Part shown: in pieces, positions 55,136-64,000 of the stretch
Numbering within the stretch: position 1 is the stretch's first letter
How the letters are laid out: every line of letters starts with the position of its first letter
DNA from: Chloroflexota bacterium
GTDB lineage: Bacteria > Chloroflexota > UBA11872
Direction: 5' to 3'
Length of the DNA: 64,000 nt
NCBI GenBank assembly: GCA_022821645.1
Contig: JAJEDE010000010.1
Span: 60,124 to 124,123 of the forward strand
The notes under the pieces: generated by a model
What the model was told of the DNA's origin: nothing
Databases searched by the model: none
What the model saw: the letters and a program-made list of their open reading frames with translations, nothing else
Position numbers and translations under genes: made by a program

Positions 55136-55726
55136 ATGACCGACTTTCCCGCGGACCTCACGTTTCGAGCCGTCGAAGCGTCAACCTGGCCCGACTTCGA
55201 GCGCCTCTTCTCCTCGCGCGGCGCGCCCCACTATTGCTGGTGCCTGCCCTACCGTGCGACTCGTGACGAGATGCGCCAGCGCGACCGCGCCACCCTCAAG
55301 GCCGGTATGGCCCGGCGCATCTGTCAGGGGGAGCCAGTCGGCCTGCTGGCGTACTACGGCGACGGACCGATTGGGTGGTGTTCCATCGCCCCTCGCCCTA
55401 CATTTCCGCGCCTCAGAACCTCGAGCGTCAACGGCGCGGCTGACGCCAACGACACATCCACCTGGTCCCTGACCTGCTTCTTTGTTCCGCGACGGCTCCG
55501 CGGCCAGGGGCTCGCCTCACGCCTGCTGAACGCAGCCATCGACCACGCACGTAGCCAGGGCGCCGTGGCGGTAGAGGCCTATCCCGTTGACCCGGAATCC
55601 CCCAGCTACGGGTACGGCGGCCGTCGACCGATGTTCGCCGCCGCCGGGTTTCGCGACATTGGACGCCTGGGCAAGCGCCGCTACGTTATGCGACTCGACT
55701 TGCCAGGCGTTGCGAACGCTCCCTGA
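55136..55726 (+). CDS. GNAT family N-acetyltransferase
   Basis: 196 aa. CFFVPRRLRGQGLASRLLNAAIDHARSQGAVAVEAYP is the acetyl-CoA-binding motif A region. Confidence 0.85.
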   Translation: MTDFPADLTFRAVEASTWPDFERLFSSRGAPHYCWCLPYRATRDEMRQRDRATLKAGMARRICQGEPVGLLAYYGDGPIGWCSIAPRPTFPRLRTSSVNGAADANDTSTWSLTCFFVPRRLRGQGLASRLLNAAIDHARSQGAVAVEAYPVDPESPSYGYGGRRPMFAAAGFRDIGRLGKRRYVMRLDLPGVANAP

Positions 55727-55733
55727 ACAACGC

Positions 55734-56489
55734 TCAGCGTCGGCGCGGCGTGTACGAGTACAGGGTGCCGATCTGCTCGTATCCGACCAGCGGGTAGAGG
55801 AGCGCCCCGGTGTGGGAGGCGGCCAGCACAGCCAAGTGTGAGCCGAACGTCCGGTCACCGCGAAGCATCCGGCACATCAGCGCCCTGCCGATGCCGCGTC
55901 GCCGGAACTCGGGCTTTACGTAGAGATTGGCGCACCAAGTCGCGCCGGCCACCTCAATGCTGCTGACCCAACCCACTGGATCGCCGCTGGCCAGGGCGGC
56001 GTACATGCGCAACGGCGCGTCGGGCCGGAGGTGTTCGGGAAGAATCTGCCGTCGGCGCACCGTCTTGTTCACCTTGTTCGCCAGCACCGCATCCAGCACG
56101 CGCACTATCTCGGTAGGCGGTGCGAACCGTGGAATCCGTTGCAACCGATGAATCATGATCGGCTCGGTGAACCCCAGGCGGTAGTCGAGCACCCGGTATC
56201 CGGCCCGCAGCGGCTCGTCCGACTCCCCCGCCGCGCAGATGGCGCAAATGGCGTACCGGCCGCGCGTGTGCCGCTTGACGATTCGCACGGTCTGCTGCGG
56301 CGTGATCCCATGCGCGAACCACTCTTCACGTCGATACCGGGCGACCCGTCGTGGTGCGTCGCGCGTCACCCAGAGTCCGTCGACCCGCTCGGCCAGATAG
56401 GGATGCGTGAAGCTACGCGGGACGCATATCCCGCGCGCGAAAACTTCCAGCGCCGTTTGCAGCAGATCTTCAGTATCTGCTTCGTGCAC
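55734..56489 (-). CDS. GNAT family N-acetyltransferase with an N-terminal extension
   Basis: 251 aa. LYVKPEFRRRGIGRALMCRML is motif A. Confidence 0.8.
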   Translation of the reverse strand: MHEADTEDLLQTALEVFARGICVPRSFTHPYLAERVDGLWVTRDAPRRVARYRREEWFAHGITPQQTVRIVKRHTRGRYAICAICAAGESDEPLRAGYRVLDYRLGFTEPIMIHRLQRIPRFAPPTEIVRVLDAVLANKVNKTVRRRQILPEHLRPDAPLRMYAALASGDPVGWVSSIEVAGATWCANLYVKPEFRRRGIGRALMCRMLRGDRTFGSHLAVLAASHTGALLYPLVGYEQIGTLYSYTPRRR

Positions 56490-56631
56490 CGTGAGATTCA
56501 GTCGAAATGGCCTTCACGTTGCACGAAAGTCCTACGCCAACACTCCGACAAAGCCGTCGCGTGGACCGCCACTACCCGAATGAGAGCCGACATTCCGTCC
56601 GCGGACCAGTGGTTCGCACTTCTGTGCCTTT

Positions 56632-56706
56632 TGGCTCCTCGGGCAGGACTCGAACCTGCAACCCTGCGGTTAACAGCCGCACGCTCTACCATTGAGCTAC
56701 CGAGGA
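56632..56706 (-). tRNA. tRNA-Asn (anticodon GTT)
   Basis: Acceptor TCCTCGG/CCGAGGA, anticodon loop CTGTTAA, T-loop GGTTCGAGTCC. CCA is encoded. Confidence 0.9.
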
Positions 56707-56770
56707 TTGGCGTCTTGAACTGAGATACCCGCAGCGACTGAGGCCGGTCCCGGCAATCGCTGCTGAAAGG

Positions 56771-56881
56771 CTACGCGCCTGCTTCCGACTCGTCTTCGAC
56801 GCCTATCAGGCTCTTGGCCTTTCGAAACAAGACCGCCAAAACCCCGAGGACGACCGCAAGCACGCCGAGTTTCTTAATCAT
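56771..56881 (-). CDS. possible 36-aa single-TM membrane peptide
   Basis: The internal ATG at 56881 gives MIKKLGVLAVVLGVLAVLFRKAKSLIGVEDESEAGA. There is no homology evidence. Confidence 0.25.
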   Translation of the reverse strand: MIKKLGVLAVVLGVLAVLFRKAKSLIGVEDESEAGA

Positions 56882-57048
56882 CAGAATTGTCCGTGGATGG
56901 CCGACTGACAGGAGCCATAGCGAGAATAGCAGAGTCCCCCACCGATGCCCCGCAACCGCTCGGAGCACCACCCAACGCCCGGATTCGACGAACTGCCGTT
57001 CCAGATCCCGCGGCTAGACTTGCCCGCTTCCTACGCTGGGTCGCCCGC

Positions 57049-58332
57049 ATGACCGACCTGCAGACCTTTCTGTCCGTGGATGACGCGCTTGAGCGAATCC
57101 TCGGCGGACTCGCCCCCTTGCCAGCCCGGGACGTCCCACTCGCGCAGGCCCTGGGGCTGGTCGCTGCTGAAGACGTACTGGCCCGCGACAACGTGCCGGG
57201 CTTCGACAACTCGGCCTACGACGGTTACGCCGTTCAGGCTGCGGACATCGCGCAGGCCTCAGAGGTCTCCCCCGCACGCCTGCGGGTCGTCGATGAGATT
57301 CCCGCGGGGCGAGTAAGCCAGGTAGCCCTGCAACCCGGCCAGGCGGCGCGAATCATGACCGGCGCTCCAGTTCCCGCCGGCGCCGACGCAATCGTGGCGT
57401 TCGAGGACACGGACAGAACGGACTGGGGATACCTGGGAACCGATCCGCGAACTAACGACGCCGACCGCCGCATGGTCGCGGTGTTGGAGCGGGCCGATCC
57501 GGGCGAAAACGTCCGTCCAGCTGGCGGCGACATCCCGGCCGGATCAGTCGTGATCAAGGCCGGCCGTCGCCTCGGACCGGCCGAGATCGGCGTGCTTGGA
57601 TCTGTTGGCGTTTCCAACGTTCGCGCCCATCCCCGTGCCACGGCCGCCATTGTTCCCACGGGTGATGAGATCGTCGAAATCGATGGCGGCATCCGCCCCG
57701 GCCAGGTCCGCAACAGCAACGCCTGGACCCTTGAAGCGGCCACCCGCACGCTCGGCGCCGAGCCGAACCGATTGCCCATAACCGGCGATACCGTCGAAGC
57801 ACTGCAAGCCGCCCTGGATGAAGGCGCGGCCTCCGACGTCATCGTCACCATCGGCGGGGTCTCGATGGGCGACTTCGACCTCGTCACGAATGTCCTCGGC
57901 TCCGAGGGCCGCATGGACTTCTGGCAGATCAACATGCGGCCCGGCAAGCCGCTGGCGTTTGGCCAGGTGCACGGCACGCCGGTCATCGGCCTTCCGGGCA
58001 ATCCGGTCTCCAGCATGGTCTGCTTTGCCCTGTTCGTGCGCCCCGCCCTGCTGCGCCTGATGGGCCACCACGACCTCACGCACCCCAGGGTCCAGGCCAT
58101 AGCCGGCGAGCGCCTCCGCAGTGCCCAAGGCAAGCGCACCTACCTGCGCGTGCAGGTTCGCCGCACAAACGGCCAGTTGGTCTGCACCTCGGCGGGCGAT
58201 CAGAGCTCCTACCGAATGTCCTCCCTGGTCGCGGGCAATGGCCTGGCCGTGCTGCTTGAGGACCAGACCGTTGAGCCAGGCGAGCCAGTGGAGGTGCTGG
58301 CCCTGGATTCGCAGGCGCTGCTGCAACTCTGA
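57049..58332 (+). CDS. moeA: molybdopterin molybdotransferase
   Basis: Internal ATG at 57049. VPGFDNSAYDGYAV, TGAPVP.GADA, GDE and GGVSMGD.D motifs. Confidence 0.9.
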   Translation: MTDLQTFLSVDDALERILGGLAPLPARDVPLAQALGLVAAEDVLARDNVPGFDNSAYDGYAVQAADIAQASEVSPARLRVVDEIPAGRVSQVALQPGQAARIMTGAPVPAGADAIVAFEDTDRTDWGYLGTDPRTNDADRRMVAVLERADPGENVRPAGGDIPAGSVVIKAGRRLGPAEIGVLGSVGVSNVRAHPRATAAIVPTGDEIVEIDGGIRPGQVRNSNAWTLEAATRTLGAEPNRLPITGDTVEALQAALDEGAASDVIVTIGGVSMGDFDLVTNVLGSEGRMDFWQINMRPGKPLAFGQVHGTPVIGLPGNPVSSMVCFALFVRPALLRLMGHHDLTHPRVQAIAGERLRSAQGKRTYLRVQVRRTNGQLVCTSAGDQSSYRMSSLVAGNGLAVLLEDQTVEPGEPVEVLALDSQALLQL

Positions 58333-58369
58333 CGGGCAGTCCCCCCGCGTTGCTACGATGCACGCCATT

Positions 58370-58443
58370 GGGCGCGTAGCTCAGCTGGTTAGAGCGCGCG
58401 GTTCACATCCGCGAGGTCATAGGTTCGAGTCCTATCGCGCCCA
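58370..58443 (+). tRNA. tRNA-Val (anticodon CAC)
   Basis: Acceptor GGGCGCG/CGCGCCC, anticodon loop TTCACAT, T-loop GGTTCGAGTCC. Confidence 0.9.
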
Positions 58444-58478
58444 CCGCTTCTGGTCGCTGGCCGATGCCGCGTTCTTCG

Positions 58479-59720
58479 TCACAATGCGGTCTTCGGGCGT
58501 TTCTTCGTAGGATCGACAAACGGCACCCGGACCACTTCAGCGTCGACGAGACCGTCTGCCGGCAGTCGCACGTTGACTTGCGTCCCACGCCGCCAATGCG
58601 ACCGTGGCATCACGGCCAGCGCGATGTTCGACCGGTGGTTCGGCGACCAGAACGCGCTGGTGATATAGCCCACGGTCTCGCCGGACTCCTGATCACTGAC
58701 CAGATAGAAGTCCTCGTTGTACCAGGTCAGCGGCTCGCCGCCGACCTTGAGACCAACCAGCCGCTGACTCACGCCCTCGGCCTTGATTCGGGTCAGGGCC
58801 TCCTTGCCGATGAAGTCGCCCTTGGTCAGATCCACCTGCCAGCCAAGCCGAACCTCGAATGGGTTGTTCTCGATGTCCAGGTCTTGGCCGTATGACAGGA
58901 TGCCTGCCTCGATCCGACGGATGTGGCTGGGAGCAATTACCCGCAGATTGAACTCCTGCCCCTGCTCCAGGATGTACGGCCACACGTCGTCCGCGTAACG
59001 CATCGCGTTATGCAGGTAAATCTCATACCCAACCTCTGCCGAGAAGCCCGTGCGCGAAATCGTCACCGCGTGACCGTTCAAGGTGTCGTGGATTAGGCCG
59101 TAATAGGGAATGCTCCTGATGTGCGCACCAAACATCTTCTCCATCAGCAACACCGACTTGGGACCCTGGATCTGGACTGGCGACACGTCAATCTCTCGGA
59201 TGTCGACGTCGAATCCGGCATGGGAGTTGACACCCTGCGCCCAGAGCAGCACGTCGGAGTCGGAGATGCTGAACCAGAATTCGTCGTCAGCCACGCGCAG
59301 CAGCACCGGATCGTTAATCACGCCGCCATACTGGTTACAGAGAATCACGTAGCGGGCCTGCATCGTGGGGACGCGGCTGTGCACGTCACGCGTGATCAGC
59401 AAGTCCACAAATTCCGCGGCCTCTGGCCCCTTGACTCGGATCTGCCGCTCGACCGCCACATCCCACATGCTGACGTGCTCGGTCAGGTACTTGTATTCCT
59501 CCAGCAGGCCGCCATCCTCGGGCTTGATGTAGGCCCGCGGGTGATACATGTGGTTGTAGGTCGTATAGGCCCAGCAACCGGCAGCCTTGGACAGGTGCCA
59601 CCACGGCGACTTTCTGATTCGGGTCGAGATAAGGATCCGGGCGTCACTGTTGCCGCTCTGCCGCAGGTTTATGGGCAGTTCGCGACGCTTGAGACCGTCG
59701 ATTACAAGACGCTGAGCCAT
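58479..59720 (-). CDS. GcvT-family tetrahydrofolate-dependent aminomethyltransferase/demethylase (DmdA-like)
   Basis: 413 aa. YTTYNHMYHP, LTEHVSMWDVAVERQIRVKGPEA, GGVINDPVLLRVADDEFWFSISDSDVLLW and DVSPVQIQGP. By recollection this resembles DMSP demethylase DmdA more than canonical GcvT. Confidence 0.8.
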   Translation of the reverse strand: MAQRLVIDGLKRRELPINLRQSGNSDARILISTRIRKSPWWHLSKAAGCWAYTTYNHMYHPRAYIKPEDGGLLEEYKYLTEHVSMWDVAVERQIRVKGPEAAEFVDLLITRDVHSRVPTMQARYVILCNQYGGVINDPVLLRVADDEFWFSISDSDVLLWAQGVNSHAGFDVDIREIDVSPVQIQGPKSVLLMEKMFGAHIRSIPYYGLIHDTLNGHAVTISRTGFSAEVGYEIYLHNAMRYADDVWPYILEQGQEFNLRVIAPSHIRRIEAGILSYGQDLDIENNPFEVRLGWQVDLTKGDFIGKEALTRIKAEGVSQRLVGLKVGGEPLTWYNEDFYLVSDQESGETVGYITSAFWSPNHRSNIALAVMPRSHWRRGTQVNVRLPADGLVDAEVVRVPFVDPTKKRPKTAL

Positions 59721-59776
59721 CGGACGTCCTCCAGTCGTTCTGAGATTCCGTTGCTTCGACCCTGACGTGCTGTCAC

Positions 59777-59843
59777 CAGATCAATGGACAGAAAATTCAC
59801 CTCAGTTTTGCCGACAGTTGACCTTAGGTAATCCATTGATCTG
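59777..59843. repeat. 12-bp perfect inverted repeat (CAGATCAATGGA ... TCCATTGATCTG) separated by 43 nt
   Basis: Read directly. It lies in the lower-GC 162-nt spacer between the DMGDH-like gene stop and the DmdA-like gene start. Confidence 0.6.
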
Positions 59844-59882
59844 CCAAATGCCTCAAGAAGCTCCAGGTTTCGCCTTCGTCTC

Positions 59883-62351
59883 TCATACCTTCACCTTCTC
59901 GCCTCGCGGATCGTAAAGAGGCTCCCCGGCAACCGTTGCTGGTAGACGCTCGCCAAAGTACAGCACGTCAACGCCGGTCCCCGGTTCACAGTGGCTCGTG
60001 GGCAGGTAGCCATACACAATGCCGCAACCGATTGAGTGGCCGTAGTTGGCGCTTGTCACATAGCCCAGCACCCGGCTGCCATCCATGATTGGCTCCTTGC
60101 CCATCACCACGCCATTCGGGTCTTCCAGGGTCATGCAGCACAACCTGCGCGTCAGCCCCTTCGAGCGAACGGCCCTCAGCGCCTCATGCCCGATGAAGTT
60201 GCCCTTCCGCATTCGCACCGCAAAGCCCGTGCCCGCTTCATATGGGTTGAACTCAGTGTGGATGTCGTTTCCCCACAGTCGGTAGCCCTTCTCGAGCCGC
60301 AGCGATTCGAAAGCGCCACCGCCGCCAGCGATCAGGTCGAGCGCCTGCCCCGCATCCCATAGGACATCCCAGAGCCGTAAGCCCTGCTCGACCGGGGCGT
60401 GTATCTCCCAGCCAAGCTCACCCGCGTATGAGATCCGCAGCGCCAATGCCGGAATATCGGCTATGGATATCTTCTCTGCGGTCATATAGGGGAATCCAAC
60501 ATTGGTCACATCGTTCTCGCAGACACGGCTCAACAGATCACGCGCCCGCGGGCCCCAGAGTCCAACGCAGCACAGGCTTTCGGATGTGTCGGCAACCGCG
60601 ACCGAGCCGTCATCCGGCAGGTGCGCCTGGATCCAGCCAAGGTCGTGGAGCCCCATCGAACCGCCAGTAACCACCATGAAACGGTCTGGACCCAGGCGCG
60701 TCACGGTCAGGTCACACTTGATCCCGCCGCCGGGCGTGAGCATCGCGGTGTAGATGATCGTCCCGACCGGCCTGTCAATCTGGTTGGTCGTCAGCTTCTG
60801 GAGTGCGGCAAGCGAGCCATGCCCAGTGACCTCGAAGGTGGCCAGGCTTGTCAGATCGAACATGGCCACCCGTTCGCGCGTCGCCACGTGCTCGGCCGCG
60901 ATGATCGGCGACCAGTCACGGGCCTCCCAGCCGTCCCGCACCGCACCTTTCACCTTCAGGCAATCGAGCAGGCCTTCGTTCGCCTCGTACCACTCGGGAC
61001 GTTCCCAACCGGCGTTCTCAAAGAAGACAGCGCCCAATTCCCGCTGCCTTACGTGGAACGGCGACAGCCGCAGGTTTCGAGGGTTGGCCAGCTGCTGCCG
61101 CGGGTGGATGATGTCGTAGACCTCGCGGTATTGCTGGGCGGCGCGCGTCCGAACGTATGAGCGTTCGTAAGCGTGCGCGTGAAAGCGCCGGATGTCACAT
61201 TCGCGAACGTCAATAGTCGGCTCGCCGTTCACGATCCATTCGGCCACGGCCTTTCCGACGCCGCCGGCATGCGTAATCCAGACCGCCTGCGCCGACCAGA
61301 ATCCACGGACCTGCGGCGACTCGCCGAGCACCGGGAAACCGTCGGTGGTGAACGAAAAGATGCCGTTCAACCTGCGCGTCAATCCCACGCCCTTGAGACT
61401 TGGCATAACGACGCCCGCCGCCGCCCGTGCCATTTCGAAGTGCTTCGGTGTGAACGGCAGTTCCGCGGGCGCGATCGGCGCTTTGTCATAGTCGAGTAGG
61501 TCAGCGGCCTCCACCAGCAGCGGCTCGTGCCGGTACGAACCGATGCCGTAACAGTCGCCTTCCTGGCGGAAATACATTGCCGCATCCTGGTGGCGCACCA
61601 GGGGCTGGGAGATTTCCTCGGTCGCGCCGGCCAGTTCTTCGATCGGCGTGGTAACCGCATAGAGGTGCTGCATTGGCGACAGCGGTATCGGCACCCCGGC
61701 CATTTCGCCCACCGTGGGCGCCCAGATACCAGCGGCCGCGATCACCAGGTCCGTCCGAATGTCACCGTGGGTGGTCTGGACTCCGCGAATCCTCCCGCGG
61801 GCGATGTCGAGTCCCGAAACCTTCACCTTGCCGTGAAAACTCGCGCCGTTGCGTTCAGCCTCCCTGGCCATTGCCTCGGCCGGTCGCGTCGCCTTCGTAT
61901 GCACGTCGGACGGTACGTACAGCGCGCCCAGGATTCGATCAGAAAGCGAAGGAACTAGACTTCGAGCTTCGCCGGGACCAAGAAGGTGGGCCTCCACGCC
62001 CCAACTCAAGCCGAAACCGGCCTTGCGTCGCAGGTCGACCAGGCGTTCCGGAGTCCATGCCACTTCCAGGCTGCCCACGGACTTGGCGCATGGGACCTCG
62101 TCAAGTTCCAGTTGGGTCCACAGATCCACGCTATAGCGCGCAAATCCTGTCATCGTCTTTGACGGATTCACCTGGAACACGAGCCCCGGCGCGTGAGACG
62201 TCGAACCGCCGGTCTCGAAGAGTGGCCCTTGCTCGACAACCACGACGTCGCGCCAGCCGAGCTTCGTCAGGTGATACGCCACGCTGCAGCCGACGATTCC
62301 CGCACCAATGACGACGGCTCTCGCGTGCTTCGGAAGCATGCTTGCGGGCAT
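59883..62351 (-). CDS. dimethylglycine/sarcosine dehydrogenase family protein (FAD DAO domain fused to a GcvT folate-binding domain)
   Basis: 822 aa. VVIGAGIVGCSVAYHL and GGSTSHAPGL (covalent-FAD His context), then GcvT-type C-terminal domains. Confidence 0.9.
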   Translation of the reverse strand: MPASMLPKHARAVVIGAGIVGCSVAYHLTKLGWRDVVVVEQGPLFETGGSTSHAPGLVFQVNPSKTMTGFARYSVDLWTQLELDEVPCAKSVGSLEVAWTPERLVDLRRKAGFGLSWGVEAHLLGPGEARSLVPSLSDRILGALYVPSDVHTKATRPAEAMAREAERNGASFHGKVKVSGLDIARGRIRGVQTTHGDIRTDLVIAAAGIWAPTVGEMAGVPIPLSPMQHLYAVTTPIEELAGATEEISQPLVRHQDAAMYFRQEGDCYGIGSYRHEPLLVEAADLLDYDKAPIAPAELPFTPKHFEMARAAAGVVMPSLKGVGLTRRLNGIFSFTTDGFPVLGESPQVRGFWSAQAVWITHAGGVGKAVAEWIVNGEPTIDVRECDIRRFHAHAYERSYVRTRAAQQYREVYDIIHPRQQLANPRNLRLSPFHVRQRELGAVFFENAGWERPEWYEANEGLLDCLKVKGAVRDGWEARDWSPIIAAEHVATRERVAMFDLTSLATFEVTGHGSLAALQKLTTNQIDRPVGTIIYTAMLTPGGGIKCDLTVTRLGPDRFMVVTGGSMGLHDLGWIQAHLPDDGSVAVADTSESLCCVGLWGPRARDLLSRVCENDVTNVGFPYMTAEKISIADIPALALRISYAGELGWEIHAPVEQGLRLWDVLWDAGQALDLIAGGGGAFESLRLEKGYRLWGNDIHTEFNPYEAGTGFAVRMRKGNFIGHEALRAVRSKGLTRRLCCMTLEDPNGVVMGKEPIMDGSRVLGYVTSANYGHSIGCGIVYGYLPTSHCEPGTGVDVLYFGERLPATVAGEPLYDPRGEKVKV

Positions 62352-62421
62352 GTCCTTAATGCTCCAGCGTCAAGTCAGATGGGCGACGCCTAAGTCGATC
62401 AAGCATGGCACTTTCAAGACT

Positions 62422-63321
62422 TCAATCGGAGATAAGAGTCCGAACGACCTCTACGGCTCGCCTGACGTTTACTTCCAAAGCCACCCGCACGGGCCCGTCA
62501 CCGTAACTGACGACCGTGTGTCCACGCTGCTCGCCGTCCGTCACGACCGACACCTGTGCCAGCCGACAGGCCAGAATGTCCGGCTCAATGGCTGCGGCCA
62601 CGGCCAGCGGATCGTGCAGATAGAACTCCTGCACGTCAGCTCGCTCCCGAAAACTGTTCGCCAGGATGCGGTTACCCAGCCGGGCAGACCTGGAATCTCC
62701 CTCGAACCACTGAGGACCTGCGTCGCGGCGCATGAATGTCCTGTGGGTCACGTCAAGGCCGATGAGAGTGACCGACACCCCCGACGAGAAAACGGCGTCC
62801 GCAGACCACGGATCCTCGTAGATGTTGAACTCGGCATGGGGCGTGACGTTGCCGGGAACCTCGACGGCCCCACCCATCACGACAATCTCCGAGATGGCCT
62901 GCGCGACGTCAGGTCGACCGTCCAGAGCCGCGGCCACGTTTGTCAGCGGCCCGAGCGCGATGACGGTTACCGATCCCGGCGCCGCAAGGGCGCGGTCGCG
63001 AATTAACTCGACGGCGTCCGCTCGATGCAGTTTCCGCGCGGTGGAAGGCAAGTCGACCCCGAGACCATCGGTGCCGTGAACGTGGTACGCAAACGAAAAC
63101 GAGCCCTGCGCCGGCCGGTCGGCGCCCGCGGCGACTAGCACATCGCGCCCGCCAGCAACGTACTCGACGAGACGCAGCGCGTTCCGGGTCGTGTGTGCAA
63201 GCGTGGCGTTGCCCCCGACGGTGGTGATGCCTTCGATGTGCAAATCGGGGCAGTTCAACGCCATGAGCAGCGCCAGGGCATCGTCGGTGCCAGGGTCGGT
63301 GTCAATGATCACTCGCCGCAT
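62422..63321 (-). CDS. nucleoside hydrolase (inosine-uridine preferring family)
   Basis: MRRVIIDTDPGTDDALAL is the IUNH aspartate cluster. The ATG at 63321 has GAGGA 8 nt upstream; the track start is at 63354. Confidence 0.9.
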   Translation of the reverse strand: MRRVIIDTDPGTDDALALLMALNCPDLHIEGITTVGGNATLAHTTRNALRLVEYVAGGRDVLVAAGADRPAQGSFSFAYHVHGTDGLGVDLPSTARKLHRADAVELIRDRALAAPGSVTVIALGPLTNVAAALDGRPDVAQAISEIVVMGGAVEVPGNVTPHAEFNIYEDPWSADAVFSSGVSVTLIGLDVTHRTFMRRDAGPQWFEGDSRSARLGNRILANSFRERADVQEFYLHDPLAVAAAIEPDILACRLAQVSVVTDGEQRGHTVVSYGDGPVRVALEVNVRRAVEVVRTLISD

Positions 63322-63524
63322 GCGCTTCATCCTCGATTCAAGGAACTCGACCACACACTTCTACCCTAGTCCCGGGGATGCGGATTGGTGGACAAATCCA
63401 CGCTTCACTTTCAGTACAAGAGTCCGCGCAGGGACGGAGCATCATGGAGAGGGCCGCACAGTAGGCTTAGCCTGACGTTCGAATCTCCGAGCTACCGGCG
63501 GCGCGCCGGGCCGCCAACACCAAA

Positions 63525-63995
63525 ATGAGCGACTCGATCATCCTTGGAACCGCTGCTGCGGTCATAGGCGCCGTATTGACCGCGGCCGCAGGTCTGTGGA
63601 TCGGTCGGCAGATGGGCCACCAGCAGGGCTCACAGGAAGACTCATCCGGCCGCATGGCCCGCGACCTCATGGTCGTCAGCGATCTGCTGGCCGACCGGCT
63701 GGCCAAGATCTGGACGGCCGGCGACGGACCCGCGCCCGGCGTCGGCGACAGCGACGCCGTCTACCACCATGTGCGCGAATCCACCGAGACGATTCTCAAG
63801 CAGGCCGGCGCATCGCCCAAGACCGCCCTGGCCGTAGGCGCCCTCACCGCCAAGCATGTTCGTCCCGGCCCCATCACGGGTTCCGACGGCGAGCAGCCGC
63901 GTCCCGGTCCTTCCCGCCGGGGCGGCAACCGCCCCGCCGCTCGACCCGAATCCGCTCGGCCGACCGGAGGTACCGCCTCACCGCCTAGTCGGTGA
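63525..63995 (+). CDS. hypothetical N-terminally anchored protein with a Pro/Arg/Gly-rich tail
   Basis: 156 aa with an N-terminal TM helix ILGTAAAVIGAVLTAAAGLWIG. No recognised domain. Confidence 0.35.
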   Translation: MSDSIILGTAAAVIGAVLTAAAGLWIGRQMGHQQGSQEDSSGRMARDLMVVSDLLADRLAKIWTAGDGPAPGVGDSDAVYHHVRESTETILKQAGASPKTALAVGALTAKHVRPGPITGSDGEQPRPGPSRRGGNRPAARPESARPTGGTASPPSR

Positions 63996-64000
63996 CTTCA

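Noticed and set aside
56887-57048. Moco riboswitch upstream of moeA
   Set aside because: I could not recognise the conserved Moco-motif helices or loops in the 160 nt before the ATG at 57049. The region is also partly occupied by a possible small ORF on the other strand.

Overview
This is a 64-kb, high-GC (roughly 65% by eye), densely coding bacterial chromosomal segment. I call about 65 protein genes, 6 single tRNA genes (Gly-GCC, Gln-CTG, Leu-CAA, Trp-CCA, Asn-GTT, Val-CAC), one IS5-family insertion sequence, no rRNA and no CRISPR array. Taxonomy cannot be established from the window. The orphan GroEL and the gene content (many AKR, Gfo/Idh/MocA, VOC, PhyH, sulfatase, DmdA-like and DMGDH genes) suggest a marine or soil Chloroflexota-like organism; this is inference only.

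The backbone is housekeeping and catabolism: pncA-pncB, ferritin, csoR-copA, groEL, kbl-pheA, pyrF, moeA, a Mn/Zn-type ABC importer with a DtxR-family regulator, and a methylamine/THF-type demethylation operon. Clearly accessory pieces are an AAA_14/DUF4143 ATPase, a lone DUF3800 gene, IS5 next to a TacA/TacT-like toxin-antitoxin pair, and an XRE regulator next to tRNA-Gly and an SRAP gene.

I found no defence-island-type or CRISPR-like system. The best candidates for undescribed biology are:
1. A roughly 135-aa four-TM module present four times across two translationally coupled genes. One copy is fused to an NDH-2 flavoprotein and three sit in tandem in the next gene (11073-14389).
2. An envelope copper-handling supercluster (36413-42052). 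It contains a CopC-CopD-Ig-like-cytochrome c fusion, a protein with two DUF4399-like repeats apparently inserted into another domain, a Tat lipoprotein with a thioredoxin-like C-x4-C motif, and His-rich anchored proteins.
3. A JAMM/MPN peptidase plus CxxC-type LarE operon with no larB/larC and no ubiquitin-like carrier (26691-28014).
4. Several unexplained structured or palindromic non-coding elements (4703-4745, 31581-31621, 43021-43077, 59777-59843).

All functional calls rest on my own recognition of motifs in the supplied translations. No database search was run.
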